A stretch of DNA of 64,000 nucleotides from Methanotrichaceae archaeon (GCA_963748825.1 CAVVKN010000023.1:64001-128000); one strand, 5' to 3'. Shown: positions 1-11,490, counted from the stretch's first letter. Notes: generated by a model not told the origin, from the letters alone. Translations and numbers: made by a program.

Positions 1-25
1 CCTGCATTATGCTCAGCAGATTGAG

Positions 26-2233
26 ATGCAAGGGATGACCACCGAGAGCATGGTGGGCAAAGACTCTCCCCTCTACCAGCTTTTCGACCATCTCTATGTG
101 GAAAAGTTTGCCACCGAGTCCATAGCTGTACTCATTGAAGCGGACGATGTCACAAAACCGAATATCCTGAGATCGATGGATAAGCTCTCGCAAAAGATGC
201 GCATAGCCCCGGATGTGCTGGCAGTGACAAGTATAGCCGATATTGTGGCAGACACTGAGAAGCTTGACAATGGTATCAGAACAATTCCCACCCAGGAGAG
301 GATAGATGAAATTCTCTCCTATCCGGCAAATCTTCCGGCAGTAAATGCTATGATGCCGGATAAAAAGCATACCATACTCTCCATCGAGCTGCCGGTTTCT
401 TTGAAGGAATCACAGCTTAGAGAGATTTACACAGAGACTTCCGGCCAGGTGAAGATGGCCGACTTCCCGCCTGACGTAGGCGTTACAGTTACAGGCAAGC
501 CAGCGCTCATGCAATCAATAACCGAGGAGATGGCCAAGAGCAACGGCCCCATTCTCGCCCTGGCCGGCCTGCTCATGATCGTGGCTTTGCTGATTTCTTT
601 CAATCATGTGAAATGGTCGCTGCTCCCCATTCCCGTCGTCTTCCTGGGAATAATATGGACATTCGGAGCCATGGGATTTTTGCATATACCGTTTACCATG
701 GTTTCCATGTCTGCTTTCCCGGTGCTGATAGGCATCGGCATAGACTATGCCATCCAGTTTCATAACAGGATCGATGAGGAGTTTACTAAATGCGACTCAC
801 CCATGCAAGCAGTGATACAGACGGTAAGCCATGTCTCCATGCCGGTCATGATCGCCCTGATTATAACTGCCATGGGATTCGTCTCCCTACTCACCTCATC
901 CGTGCCCATGACCAGAGACTTCGGGCTTTTATGCCTGGTTGGACTCTTCCTTTGCTATCTGTCCGCTCTTTTCGTTGGGGTTACTCTGCTTTACATTATA
1001 GAGAAGAGGGGATCAGGCAAGAGAGCAATTATGAGGGAGAATGCCGCAGCCAGTGTGCCCAAAGATACGATGATTGGAAACATCATCGAGAAGGTCTCGG
1101 ACATCTGCATTCAAAGATGGCATCTGGTGCTTGCTGCCGCACTCTTCCTCTCCCTGGTAGGAATCTATGCAGACACTCAAGTTCAGGTGGATACCGACTT
1201 CAAGAATTATGTGCCCCAGGACTTGCCTCCGCTCATAGACTTCAAACATATGAGCGACATCTTTGGTGGCACAGATACGGTAGATCTCATCGTTCAGGCA
1301 GATGACATTACCGACCCCGATACCCTGCGCTGGATGGATGAATTTTGCATGTACCTGAAGAGTTCCCGAGATCAGGTATATGGTTACGAAAGCATATCCT
1401 CCCTGGTCAAGAAGGCCAATGGCGGCGAGATACCTCAGGAACAAACTGAGATCAGGAGACTGATCGAGCAACTGCCCGCCGCGATGCGAGTCAAGAATCT
1501 TGATGGTCATGACACGGCCCTAATCAAGCTGGATGTGGGCAAAGAGCTGACCAACCTGGGCGCAGAAGGCACCGACCGGCTCATAAAAGAGATCGATAAA
1601 GACATCGTCTGGCATCAGCCGCCTCCCGGAGTGTCCGTGCGGGAGACTGGCGACGCTGTGGTAATGACCACAGTCATCACCGCTTTGACTCAAGGCAGAA
1701 CGGAAATGACTCTGCTGGGATTGCTGCTGATCTTTATCGTGTTGCTGCTCATCTACCGGGATCTGATAAAAGCACTGCTGCCAGTACTGCCTATGATGGT
1801 AGTAATCGGCTGGATGGGTGGCGTGATGTACCTGGCCGACATGAAATACACGCCCCTAACAGCATGCCTGGGAGCACTCATTTTGGGCGTGGGATCGGAA
1901 TACGCAATATTAATGATGGAGCGCTTCTACGAAGAGCTGGCCAGAATCGGGCAGCCCCTGGAGGCGCTCAAGATTTCAGCAAGGCGCATAGGTTCCGCAC
2001 TCATAGCCTCCGGCCTTACCACGGTATTTGGATTTGCGGCCCTGATATCCTCGCCTTTCTTGATCACCAACAATTTTGGAACAGTTACAGTTTTAGCGAT
2101 AGTATTCGCATTGCTCACGACATTCACAGTCTTCGTGGTGCTCATGTACCGCATGGAGATTCGGCGTGCAATGGTAGAAAATGCGAAATACGAGATGAAG
2201 AAAGCCCTCAAGCTAATAGCAAGAGGAGGATGA
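26..2233 (+). CDS. RND-superfamily (HAE3/MMPL) membrane transporter; true start probably upstream of the window
   Basis: Two repeats of a large extracellular loop plus TM bundle; RND TM4 motif GIGIDYAIQF and second-half GVGSEYAIL; reading frame is open from the window edge. Confidence 0.9.
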   Translation: MQGMTTESMVGKDSPLYQLFDHLYVEKFATESIAVLIEADDVTKPNILRSMDKLSQKMRIAPDVLAVTSIADIVADTEKLDNGIRTIPTQERIDEILSYPANLPAVNAMMPDKKHTILSIELPVSLKESQLREIYTETSGQVKMADFPPDVGVTVTGKPALMQSITEEMAKSNGPILALAGLLMIVALLISFNHVKWSLLPIPVVFLGIIWTFGAMGFLHIPFTMVSMSAFPVLIGIGIDYAIQFHNRIDEEFTKCDSPMQAVIQTVSHVSMPVMIALIITAMGFVSLLTSSVPMTRDFGLLCLVGLFLCYLSALFVGVTLLYIIEKRGSGKRAIMRENAAASVPKDTMIGNIIEKVSDICIQRWHLVLAAALFLSLVGIYADTQVQVDTDFKNYVPQDLPPLIDFKHMSDIFGGTDTVDLIVQADDITDPDTLRWMDEFCMYLKSSRDQVYGYESISSLVKKANGGEIPQEQTEIRRLIEQLPAAMRVKNLDGHDTALIKLDVGKELTNLGAEGTDRLIKEIDKDIVWHQPPPGVSVRETGDAVVMTTVITALTQGRTEMTLLGLLLIFIVLLLIYRDLIKALLPVLPMMVVIGWMGGVMYLADMKYTPLTACLGALILGVGSEYAILMMERFYEELARIGQPLEALKISARRIGSALIASGLTTVFGFAALISSPFLITNNFGTVTVLAIVFALLTTFTVFVVLMYRMEIRRAMVENAKYEMKKALKLIARGG

Positions 2234-3289
2234 TTGATGAGAATTATTATGGCCCTGATTGGCCTTTGCCTGTTGGCTCTAATTGCCAACGTCTCGGCTC
2301 AAAACACCTACATACCCTTTGAGCTGGGCGGAGATAACTATTACACCATGTATGGCAGCCCAGACGTCTCAGCCAGCGTTTCCGGGACGGATGAGTTTGA
2401 GCGTGGGGATACCGTTTCCCTTTACGTGGATCTGACCAACTACGGAAGAATATTGGGATTTAAGGAGGATCTAACACCCCAAGATCCCAAGGAGTTCACT
2501 CTGGCCAGCGCCGAGCTGCAAGAAGAGTACAAGAAGCCGACAGCACTCGGAATCACTGCTAACCTGCACTCCGCCAATCCAGAGATTGAGATAAAGTCCG
2601 CAGACCAGGTTGTGCAATCTTTAAAGTCGGGCGATAAGACCCAGTCGCCTTTGAAATTCGCCATTAAGATTGGAGAGCACGCCCCTGCCGGAATTTACCC
2701 ACTCAGTTTGAACCTGTCTTATGACTATCAGGACAATGTCCGAGTGCAGGCTTCCAAGCTTGTTACCAGCGGAAGCTCACCGACTCTGGCAAATTACCAG
2801 GTATCCTACATCTACCAGAAGGCCAATCAGACCGTGCCCATCATTATCACCGTTAAGAAGCAGGCGGACTTTTTGATCATGAATGCAACGGGCGCGCTCT
2901 CTGCCGGCGTCAAGAAGGCACAAATCGAAGCTACATACAAAAATATTGGCGAGGACCCTGTCAAAGACGCAATCGCAAGGCTATCCATCTTCAAGCCGTT
3001 CTCCTCCACCGATGATCAGGCATTCATCGGAACGCTGGCTCCAGGAGAAGAGAAGACGGTCGTCTTCCGACTTGACGTCGATTCCGACGCTACGCCTAAG
3101 GACTATGGCATAAACAGCGAGATCAAATACACCGATGTCAATGGCGATTCGGTGATATCCGAGAGCATGAAGATACCTGTTGTAGTCAAGGCCGCCTCCG
3201 CGTCTCTGCTCATGCCTGCGATTGTGGTTCTCATCATAATAGTCGCCGCAGGCGGATACATGTATAGGAGAAAGCAGAAGAAGACGTAA
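2234..3289 (+). CDS. COG1361-type S-layer/CARDB-like exported protein with C-terminal membrane anchor
   Basis: Signal peptide, beta-rich Ig-like segments (IGTLAPGEEKTVVFRL), C-terminal TM followed by RRKQKK; abuts the RND gene as in methanogen RND-COG1361 operons. Confidence 0.75.
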   Translation: MMRIIMALIGLCLLALIANVSAQNTYIPFELGGDNYYTMYGSPDVSASVSGTDEFERGDTVSLYVDLTNYGRILGFKEDLTPQDPKEFTLASAELQEEYKKPTALGITANLHSANPEIEIKSADQVVQSLKSGDKTQSPLKFAIKIGEHAPAGIYPLSLNLSYDYQDNVRVQASKLVTSGSSPTLANYQVSYIYQKANQTVPIIITVKKQADFLIMNATGALSAGVKKAQIEATYKNIGEDPVKDAIARLSIFKPFSSTDDQAFIGTLAPGEEKTVVFRLDVDSDATPKDYGINSEIKYTDVNGDSVISESMKIPVVVKAASASLLMPAIVVLIIIVAAGGYMYRRKQKKT

Positions 3290-3743
3290 AGCCTGGGCCC
3301 TTCTCCTGCTTTTTTCTATTTCTACTATTTTTGCTGCCCTTCTAAAATATCGATCACGGTTACTGCCAAGGGATTGGGGCGGCAGGGGGGCAGCACGTCG
3401 CGAGCTCACCACTCATGGAAGAGTGGGGTCGCCCAAGTACCGACGTTTCGACTTTTCGCGAAACTCTCTCTGACCGAGCACCTAAGGATTGTTTATAATT
3501 TGCAATATTTCGGTTAAGCTCCATTTTGTTGTCATTACATTTTCGAAGTTCAAATCGGCTGATCCGTCGCACGGATAAATGAACTATACTTATAAATAAA
3601 ACGGTTATAGATATTATATTAAATTGCCCACACACCGCAGGCTAAAAAAAGGCCACAAAAGGGCCAAAGCAGCCGGAAGAACAACAGGCAGATCGACCTT
3701 TAACATATTGTGAATTTATGGATTGTCCTCAGGCTTACCTTAT

Positions 3744-4301
3744 CTAGGTCATGGCCATCAGCTCTAGCTTCGCCCGGTCTGATTCGCCTGATCCAGGAGA
3801 CGCTTCTGCCGTCGTCTGCACATCGCCTTCAGACACATAAGACAGGTAGAGCTTGCGCCTCTTTCCCTGAGTCATCTTGACATGTTTCGGGTCGAGTTCA
3901 TGAGCACGCTTCATCACGCTTATTACCGTAGTCTTATTTAAGCCCAGCATGTCCACCAGCTCGCTGGTTGTGTACCTGCTCGGCCTCTCTTCCATGATAT
4001 CTATGAGAGATCGCGCATGGTTATCCAGGGCCTTTCCATCTCCAGAGCTCGTTTCCTGAATTGGCGCAGGTCGTCCCTGCCGGGCGCGAAGCTGGCTCTT
4101 CAGATCGGATACCTCTTTGGAGAGGCGATCAACCTGATCGATCAGCCTGCCTAAGAGCTCTACATCGCTCTGCTTGGAGTCGAGCTCCCTGGATATCTTT
4201 TCGATGGCTGAAACCAGCAAAAGCATGGCTTGTGCTTCTTTTCTATTTTTTTCAATCTCTTCGGCCTTTGTTTTGTATAGCTCTAAAAGCTCTTCGAACA
4301 T
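3744..4301 (-). CDS. Coiled-coil + winged-HTH protein (putative DNA-binding regulator)
   Basis: N-terminal heptad-rich helix; C-terminal HTH-like YTTSELVDMLGLNKTTVISVMKR. Confidence 0.6.
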   Translation of the reverse strand: MFEELLELYKTKAEEIEKNRKEAQAMLLLVSAIEKISRELDSKQSDVELLGRLIDQVDRLSKEVSDLKSQLRARQGRPAPIQETSSGDGKALDNHARSLIDIMEERPSRYTTSELVDMLGLNKTTVISVMKRAHELDPKHVKMTQGKRRKLYLSYVSEGDVQTTAEASPGSGESDRAKLELMAMT

Positions 4302-4517
4302 TTGTGGGCTACTCCTAGTATCTTCTAGTATGGTCTAATTTCGAAGCAAATTTAAAATGTTAACGAGTTAGAATTCACGACCCAAGTATATATACTTTTC
4401 CTAGAATTATCCGATTGAGCAAATATCTGCCAATCACCGAGTCAATTCACCCGCCCCCCGAATTAGAAGGATATAGGAAGAGGAGAATTTCAAATACACA
4501 CGAATCAAAAAAATAAT

Positions 4518-5315
4518 CTAACAGTTATCCATCAGTATTTTAGGCAGTTCCTTTATATCCGTTATTATCTTATCGGCAGCTTCAAGGAGCTTTGAAGTGG
4601 GACGAGTGTCCTGCTGCACGGTCAGGATGCCCAGGTCCGCCGCCCTCAAAGCATAAAGGTCGTTTAGACCGTCGCCCACCATTACCACTTGGCGGTATTG
4701 GTTCTTCAGATCGACTATTATCTCTTTTTTCCGCCTTGGGCTGGAAACAGGATAAACTCGCGACAGGTCTATGCCCAATTCATTGAGATAAGCAAGGCTT
4801 CTCATGCTGTCCCCGGAAGCCACATAGACATCTGCCCCACGATTTTTCAGACAAGCCAGGACATCCTCCAATCCGGGAAATGGAGAGCCTCCCGTGCTAA
4901 GTGCATAAACAACCTCCTGCAGATCAACATCAACAATCATGCCGGCAGTATGATAATTACCGGGGCACCTGGCCAATACTTCACGATACACCTCCACAAG
5001 ATCGCGAACCTTGGCTCGAGAACGACCTAGAATGCGTACAGCTTCATCTTTGGTGATGGGACTGCTGGCACAACTTATCTCCAGTAATTGCTCGCGACCT
5101 TTCATCAGCATTCCCAGAGTATCATCAGGCCGACAGGAGAATATAAGAGCGGGGTCCATCTGAGGGACAACCAGGACGCGACCTTTCTTCTCCATAATCA
5201 GCTCCCAGGTAACCACATTAAACCGAATGACGCCTTTTTCGATATCCTTGGCCACGCGATACATCCTCAGTATGGTCCCTGCCACATCCATGACCACGGC
5301 GAGATCTTTGCACAT
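4518..5315 (-). CDS. HAD-superfamily hydrolase (soluble P-type ATPase-like, COG4087)
   Basis: Motif I VMDVAGT, motif II ASGD, motif IV MVGDGLND; ATG start chosen at 5315. Confidence 0.8.
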   Translation of the reverse strand: MCKDLAVVMDVAGTILRMYRVAKDIEKGVIRFNVVTWELIMEKKGRVLVVPQMDPALIFSCRPDDTLGMLMKGREQLLEISCASSPITKDEAVRILGRSRAKVRDLVEVYREVLARCPGNYHTAGMIVDVDLQEVVYALSTGGSPFPGLEDVLACLKNRGADVYVASGDSMRSLAYLNELGIDLSRVYPVSSPRRKKEIIVDLKNQYRQVVMVGDGLNDLYALRAADLGILTVQQDTRPTSKLLEAADKIITDIKELPKILMDNC

Positions 5316-5442
5316 CTTGAAGCTAGATGGACCAAGGGATGAGATGAAACTTTTGCCGTGCAAGCTACAATAACTTTTTTAGCTAGAAGATCCTAATAAG
5401 CGGATAATAAGGGGTAGAACGACGAAGGGTATCGCAGTAGCG

Positions 5443-6138
5443 TTGTTGCTAATGTTGCTCTTATGCCTGGAGCCGGTCTTTGCCACACCGGCCATAACCG
5501 AACAGATCCAGGACGGAGATTTTTGCAACAGGCTGAAGGTAACTGGAACGGGCACCTTTGAGGTGGGCGTTTCGGTTAAAGACAGGCAGCTTGCTCTCGA
5601 GTACTACAATTTCATGTACGGCGACGGCGACCTGGAGATGGACTCCGGAACCGTCGAAGCACAGAGGGCGGCCAAGCTTCCAGGCATGGAGAACGGATCA
5701 GCTGTGCCGCTAAATCTCTGGGAGAGCAACAAACTCACCTACTCAGGCAAGACCCCCATGGTGGGAGCGAAATATATCAACTCTAAGGCCTTCTGGGGCG
5801 GCATCGGCGCAGAGATCACAGAGAGCTTCTCGGTCACAGAGATGGAGAGGGAGGGCAGCAGCTACTTCGCCTCAACCAATCCTGCCTCCTACATAACCGA
5901 TCCTAAGAAGATAGAAGAGATGCTAAAGTCAAGCCCTGTGCACACTGTGGGCATTCAGACCAAAAATTCCTTCAATGGAACCTGGCAGACGGACGCTCGG
6001 ATGCATAAAATGTTCAGCAAGGATCTCAAGGTGCATGAGTCCTTCACGGGCAAGTTCGAGGTGGAGAAGATGATCAAGTTCCGAGAGAGTCCAGTGGAAG
6101 AGAAAAAACAATCGGGCTGCGACGGCATAGACTGCTAA
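5443..6138 (+). CDS. Hypothetical secreted protein
   Basis: Hydrophobic N-terminal signal peptide, 231-aa ORF ending GCDGIDC. Confidence 0.65.
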   Translation: MLLMLLLCLEPVFATPAITEQIQDGDFCNRLKVTGTGTFEVGVSVKDRQLALEYYNFMYGDGDLEMDSGTVEAQRAAKLPGMENGSAVPLNLWESNKLTYSGKTPMVGAKYINSKAFWGGIGAEITESFSVTEMEREGSSYFASTNPASYITDPKKIEEMLKSSPVHTVGIQTKNSFNGTWQTDARMHKMFSKDLKVHESFTGKFEVEKMIKFRESPVEEKKQSGCDGIDC

Positions 6139-6440
6139 GTTCCGCCCTCTGCTTATCATCCAACCATTTCTATTTATGAAAAGGACCTCATTGACAATGC
6201 TGACGAATGTGAGGTGCGAAGCGAGACAATGGCAGAGTAAGCGCCATCTCAAGAGTAACTATGAGCCGTCAACTATCCTACTTTGGGAAATCCTTTACCC
6301 CATCTAGTTGAATTGGCTCTTGGCGCGAAGGCAGTCCAATTTTAGCGATTATCTAGCACGGCCCTGATTCCTAGCCCTCATATGAACCTCATCTCAAAAT
6401 AAGTCTTTTATAAACCAGGAACAAGACCGGTCTCTGGTGA

Positions 6441-6647
6441 ATGGGTTTGATTACCAATATTGATGCCAACGGCAAGATTCAGCTTCCTCTTGCCATCAGA
6501 TATGGACTGCATCTGCTGACAGGAGACAAGATCGCTGTGGACCAGCTGGGGGATGGAACCATCATCCTCAAGAAGATCGAAGTACAGGAGACATTAGCAG
6601 CAGCGGAAATGTCCGAGATGGGCATAATGCAGGCAGCACATAGCTGA
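6441..6647 (+). CDS. AbrB/MazE/SpoVT-family DNA-binding protein
   Basis: IDANGKIQLPLAIRYGLHLLTGDKIAV...GTIILKK matches the swapped-hairpin pattern; TATA-like TTTTATAAA at about 6406-6414. Confidence 0.8.
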   Translation: MGLITNIDANGKIQLPLAIRYGLHLLTGDKIAVDQLGDGTIILKKIEVQETLAAAEMSEMGIMQAAHS

Positions 6648-6842
6648 GATATCCACCTAAATCATGGGCAGAGACTCGCAGGACCACGATAAGACATATA
6701 ATCATACTGATAATAAGACCAATGCGAAGCCCAGGTTTTGCTGCCGAAAGAGATGGAGACATCTATTGTTGCGGAAATTACGAGGCGCAAATTTTGCCAT
6801 CGGCGATTTAAAGGCCAGGGGCAGTGGGCTAGGGCGAGTGAT

Positions 6843-7124
6843 ATGAAGAACTCTATGATATTTGGCTTAATATTCTTGTTATTGGCCTGCAGTTCTCTTG
6901 CCGCACCATTGCGGCTAAGCGGGGACTTTGGCCGGGCCATTCTCTACACAATTGATCTAAACAACAGCACCAACATGGCCAACACCACCAATGAGACACA
7001 GCTATGGAGTTGGGGAAAGCTGCCTGTGGGCCATTTTATTAACGCTTCCGGAAAGCTGGCGACCAATCCGATCAATGACGATGGTTTAGTGGTCGTGCCA
7101 CCACGTTCTGATGCAATGAGTTAA
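6843..7124 (+). CDS. Small hypothetical secreted protein
   Basis: MKNSMIFGLIFLLLACSSLA signal peptide, several N-x-S/T sequons, LWSWGKLP motif. Confidence 0.6.
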   Translation: MKNSMIFGLIFLLLACSSLAAPLRLSGDFGRAILYTIDLNNSTNMANTTNETQLWSWGKLPVGHFINASGKLATNPINDDGLVVVPPRSDAMS

Positions 7125-7133
7125 AAAAGTGTA

Positions 7134-7207
7134 CGGACCCGCCGGGATTCGAACCCGGGTCCGAGGCTCCGGAGGCCTCTATTCTATCCAGACTATACTA
7201 CGAGTCC
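7134..7207 (-). tRNA. tRNA-Arg(CCG)
   Basis: Reverse complement folds as a cloverleaf: acceptor GGACTCG/CGGGTCC, anticodon stem GAGGC/GCCTC with loop CT-CCG-GA, T-loop GGTTCGAATCC; no intron, CCA not encoded. Confidence 0.95.
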
Positions 7208-7324
7208 ACGCTTGCATTTTTACAGCTAAGAACGCCCAAAAACTCACCAACATATATGAGTAAAATTATGGAAGATATAGGTTAGCGGGCCCTCTTCCCA
7301 GGGAAGCAGACCCTACCTAATGAT

Positions 7325-7633
7325 TTAGCTTTCCAGCACAATCTCAATATTTACATTCTTGGGAACCTGGATTCTCATGAGCTGGCGAAGCGCCCGCTCG
7401 TCAGCATCCAGATCGATGAGCCTCTTGTGCACTCTCATTTCCCAGTGATCCCAGGTGGCCGTTCCCTCGCCATCAGGACTCTTCCTGCAGGGTACTACCA
7501 TCCTTTTAGTGGGCAGCGGGATTGGTCCCGCCATGTGAACGCCTGTTCTCTGAGCAATCCCCTTTACCTGGCTGCAAATATCGTCCAGCATCAGGGGATT
7601 AGTGCCGGAAAGTCGAATTCTTGCCTTCTGCAT
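7325..7633 (-). CDS. rpsJ: 30S ribosomal protein uS10
   Basis: [27 protein letters not shown]. Confidence 0.98.
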   Translation of the reverse strand: MQKARIRLSGTNPLMLDDICSQVKGIAQRTGVHMAGPIPLPTKRMVVPCRKSPDGEGTATWDHWEMRVHKRLIDLDADERALRQLMRIQVPKNVNIEIVLES

Positions 7634-7656
7634 GTTTTACACCAAAAAAATTTGAT

Positions 7657-8931
7657 TTAGCGTGGTACCACGCTAATGCACATGCCGGCCGCGACGGTCG
7701 TGCCCATATCTCGAATGGCGAACCTTCCCAGTTGCGGGATCTCCTTCACTGGTTCAATGACCATGGGCTTGGAGGGCGTAACCATGATGATGGCTGCATC
7801 TCCAGCCTTGATGAAGGCAGGGTTTTCTTCCTTAACCGCTCCGGACCTTGGGTCCAGCTTGGCCAGGATGGCAGTGAGGGTGCACGCGATCTGCGCTGTA
7901 TGGCAGTGGAACACGGGTGTGTATCCTGCCGATATGGCGCTGGGGTGCTGCAACACTACTATCTGGGCCTTGAACTCCCTGGCCACTGTCGGGGGCTTAG
8001 CTACCGATCCGCAGACGTCACCGCGACGAATGTCGTTCTTGGCGACACCGCGCACGTTCCATCCGATGTTGTCTCCGGGGAATGCCTCGGTAACTTCCTC
8101 GTGATGCATCTCAATGGACTTGACCTCGCCAGTAGCCCCGGCGGGCTCGAAGATGATCTTGTCGTTCTTTCTCATGACGCCCGTCTCGACACGGCCCACT
8201 GGCACTGTGCCCACACCAGAGATGGTGTAGACATCCTGCACCGGTACGCGCAGAGGCAGGTTGGTCGGCTTCTGAGGAACCTTGAGGTTGTTCAAAGCTT
8301 CCAGAAGGGTTGGGCCCTTGTACCACTTCAGGTTGTCACTGGGCTTGGAAAGGTTGTCTCCCATCAGGCCGGAAATGGGCACGAAGGGTATATCCTCTAC
8401 CTTGAATCCAACCATCTTGAGCAGCTTGCCTACCTCATCCTTGACCTCGTTGAATCTCTTCTCGTCGAAGGGTGGAGTGGTGGCATCGATCTTGTTCATG
8501 CCTACGATCAGCTGGCTGACTCCCAGTGTCCTGGAAAGGAAGACGTGCTCCTTGGTCTGAGCCATGACGCCGTCCGGGACGGCCACGATCAGCACGGCGG
8601 CATCAGCCTGGCTGGCGCCGGTGATCATGTTCTTTACGAAGTCCCTGTGACCGGGGCAGTCCACCACGGTAAAGTAGAACTTGGCGGTATCGAAGCGGTG
8701 ATGGGCGATATCAATGGTAACGCCTCTCTCGCGCTCTTCCTTCAGGCTATCCATGACCCAGGCGAACTCGAAGGTCGCCTTTCCCTTGGATGCGGCTTCT
8801 TTCTTGTACTCATCAATGACGTGAGCATCTACAGCTCCTGTCTCGAACATCAATCTGCCTACGGTCGTCGACTTGCCGTGGTCGACGTGTCCAATGAATG
8901 CGAGATTGAGATGTGGCTTTGCTTCTGCCAT
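7657..8931 (-). CDS. tuf: Elongation factor 1-alpha
   Basis: [37 protein letters not shown]. Confidence 0.99.
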   Translation of the reverse strand: MAEAKPHLNLAFIGHVDHGKSTTVGRLMFETGAVDAHVIDEYKKEAASKGKATFEFAWVMDSLKEERERGVTIDIAHHRFDTAKFYFTVVDCPGHRDFVKNMITGASQADAAVLIVAVPDGVMAQTKEHVFLSRTLGVSQLIVGMNKIDATTPPFDEKRFNEVKDEVGKLLKMVGFKVEDIPFVPISGLMGDNLSKPSDNLKWYKGPTLLEALNNLKVPQKPTNLPLRVPVQDVYTISGVGTVPVGRVETGVMRKNDKIIFEPAGATGEVKSIEMHHEEVTEAFPGDNIGWNVRGVAKNDIRRGDVCGSVAKPPTVAREFKAQIVVLQHPSAISAGYTPVFHCHTAQIACTLTAILAKLDPRSGAVKEENPAFIKAGDAAIIMVTPSKPMVIEPVKEIPQLGRFAIRDMGTTVAAGMCISVVPR

Positions 8932-9009
8932 AATTTATCTCCTCCAACTGGCACTATTCATATTTTTCAGTATTTCTGCCTTAGTGTTTAATCTTTTCGA
9001 AGGTCGCGC

Positions 9010-11205
9010 TCAAACGACCTTCAGGTAATCGGAAGGCTTGGGCATTTCCGGTTTCAGACCCTTTCTGGTTCTGATCTGCTTGACTGTATCTTGCAGCAGG
9101 TTGGCAGGCAAGGGCTCAAAGCCAGCGAACTCCGAGGACCAGAGAGCTCTGCCTTCGGTGGCCGACCTTATGGCCCCGGAGAATCCGAACATTTGAGCCA
9201 CAGGCATCTTGGATTTAAGGATAATCATATCGCCCTGGCTGTCCATGTTCAGTATAACGCCTCTCCTTCCCTGGATCTCAGACATGGCTCCACCCATTTG
9301 ATCCTGAGGCACCTGTATATAGACATTCTGGAAGGGCTCCAATAAAACCGGATCCGCCATAAGTATTCCAGCCTGCACGGCTTGCCTGACCGCTGGAATG
9401 ACCTGGGCGGGGCCGCGGTGTACGGCATCCTCGTGCAGCTTTACATCCACGAGTTTGGCCTTTATGCCCTGCGCGGGTTCCCTGCAGATGGGGCCGTTCT
9501 TCAGTGCCTCCTCGAAGCCCTCTAAGATGAGCTCCATGGTCTCTCTCAGGTACTGAATGCCCTTGGTCATGTTGAGCAGGACGTTGGTGCCGAAGTATCC
9601 GACAATGCTCTTTGCCTCATCCTTCTCCATGCCTTTCTCGAGGAGGACCTTCCTGCGCTCTACCTCCTCCATCTTCATGCTGATCTTGCCCTCTTTCAAG
9701 GCCTCGATCACGCCCGGTTCCAGGGGCTCAAACTCGATGTAGAAGCGGTTGTGGTGGTTGGGTGACTTTCCTTCCACAGGCCCGGCTCTGCCGCCGACGG
9801 ACTCACGGTAGACTACTATGGGTGGCGACGTCTTCAGCTCCACGCCGCGATCGCGCTGTAGCCTGGTTACAGTAACATCCAGGTGCAACTCGCCCATGCC
9901 GGCCATAAGGTGCTCGCCGGTCTCCTCGTTGATGGTAACCTGCAGAGTTGGATCCTCTTTGGCGATCTGCCTTAAGACCTCTACCACCTTGGGCAGGTCT
10001 CGGGTGTTCTTGGCCTCGACGGCTACGGTCATGACCGGTTCTGAGACGTGCTTAATCTGCTCAAACGGTGTCATGTTCTGTTCTGAAGATACGGTAGAGC
10101 CCACGATTGCATCCCGAAGACCAGTGACTGCCGCGATGTTTCCTGCAGGAATCTCCTCTACCTCAACCCTCTCCGCACCCATGACGATGCCCGTCTGCTG
10201 AATACGGTTGGTATTGACCACGCCGGAGACATACAGCTCCATGCCGCGATGCAGAGTTCCGGAGAAGAGCCTTCCCGTGGCCACTTCGCCAGCATGCGGG
10301 TCGACCTTCAACTTGTTGATCATGAAAGCGACGGGACCCTTGGGATCACAGGTAGCCATGGCTCTTCCCACGTCACTATCCCAATTGCCGTGCCAGATGA
10401 CCTTGACCCTCTCCTTTTGGGCATCGATGGGGCTAGGCAAGAACTTGACAACCATATCGTTTACGGCTATATAAAGCGGAACCTTCTCGGCCAGCTCCTT
10501 CATCTTTCCTGCCCGGCAGTATTCGACGACCTGCTCAAAGCCGATGCCCGTCTTCTTCATCTGAGGGACGCTGATGGCCCAGTTGTAGAGAGCTGAACCA
10601 AAGGCGATATTTCCCTTAGCAGCATCCAGCTTCCAGCCAGCTTTATATTTCTCTTCATCCATTCCTTGGATGAGCTTGTTGACGTTGTCAATGACCTTGC
10701 CCAGGCGCATTGCCATATCTTTTGGCTCAACTTTCAGCTCATTGATCATGCGGTCCACTTTATTGACGAAAAGGACCGGCCTGACACCTTCCTTCAGAGC
10801 CTGTCGCAGCACGGTCTCCGTCTGAGGCATGGCGCCCTCAACCGCATCCACTACAACCACTGCGCCATCCACTGCCCGCATAGCCCGAGTGACGTCGCCT
10901 CCAAAGTCCACGTGGCCGGGAGTATCAATCATGTTGATGAGATATTCCTTGCCATCTATCTCGTGAACCATGGATACATTGGCCGCATCGATAGTAATTC
11001 CGCGCGCCTGCTCCAGGGGATCGAAATCCATGAAGAGCTGCTTACCTGCCAGGTCCATGGAGATCATGCCTGCGCCTCCCAGAAGGTTATCAGAAAGGGT
11101 TGTCTTGCCGTGATCGATATGTGCTACGATTCCGATGTTCCGGATAAACTCAGGCTTGTCCATCAGAGTCGTTACACGTTCTGCTATTTTCTTCCTCTTG
11201 CCCAT
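9010..11205 (-). CDS. fusA: Elongation factor 2 (aEF-2)
   Basis: [22 protein letters not shown], diphthamide loop LHEDAVHRG; ATG start chosen at 11205 (MGKRKK). Confidence 0.99.
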   Translation of the reverse strand: MGKRKKIAERVTTLMDKPEFIRNIGIVAHIDHGKTTLSDNLLGGAGMISMDLAGKQLFMDFDPLEQARGITIDAANVSMVHEIDGKEYLINMIDTPGHVDFGGDVTRAMRAVDGAVVVVDAVEGAMPQTETVLRQALKEGVRPVLFVNKVDRMINELKVEPKDMAMRLGKVIDNVNKLIQGMDEEKYKAGWKLDAAKGNIAFGSALYNWAISVPQMKKTGIGFEQVVEYCRAGKMKELAEKVPLYIAVNDMVVKFLPSPIDAQKERVKVIWHGNWDSDVGRAMATCDPKGPVAFMINKLKVDPHAGEVATGRLFSGTLHRGMELYVSGVVNTNRIQQTGIVMGAERVEVEEIPAGNIAAVTGLRDAIVGSTVSSEQNMTPFEQIKHVSEPVMTVAVEAKNTRDLPKVVEVLRQIAKEDPTLQVTINEETGEHLMAGMGELHLDVTVTRLQRDRGVELKTSPPIVVYRESVGGRAGPVEGKSPNHHNRFYIEFEPLEPGVIEALKEGKISMKMEEVERRKVLLEKGMEKDEAKSIVGYFGTNVLLNMTKGIQYLRETMELILEGFEEALKNGPICREPAQGIKAKLVDVKLHEDAVHRGPAQVIPAVRQAVQAGILMADPVLLEPFQNVYIQVPQDQMGGAMSEIQGRRGVILNMDSQGDMIILKSKMPVAQMFGFSGAIRSATEGRALWSSEFAGFEPLPANLLQDTVKQIRTRKGLKPEMPKPSDYLKVV

Positions 11206-11490
11206 AATACGCCTCGCGAAGTTTAAGATAAAGGTTAAATCCAGACTAGGACTCAGATTCCTCGGACTCAATCTATTTAAGCCTTCGGCCTTCTCAGGGC
11301 GGTTTCAAAATCTATTGCCCAGGCACCATTGGCATTATTACTCAGAAAAACTAACGTTGCCCGCTTCTATTTAAAATTTAATGTGGAACCGACTAGATCG
11401 ACTTGATCTTGCCGGACGAATTTGGAGCGAAATTATAATTATGGATAAAGCTTAAATCGCTGCGAGGATAGCAGAGCAACGGTTTTTACG

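Noticed and set aside
7134-7160. Integrated element at tRNA-Arg
   Set aside because: No duplicate of the tRNA 3' end and no integrase were seen in the window
7621-8991. 456-aa + strand ORF and similar long antisense ORFs (11950-12969, 21445-22524, 40884-41729, 52167-52805)
   Set aside because: They are shadows of well-supported genes on the opposite strand, caused by codon bias, and carry no recognisable motifs
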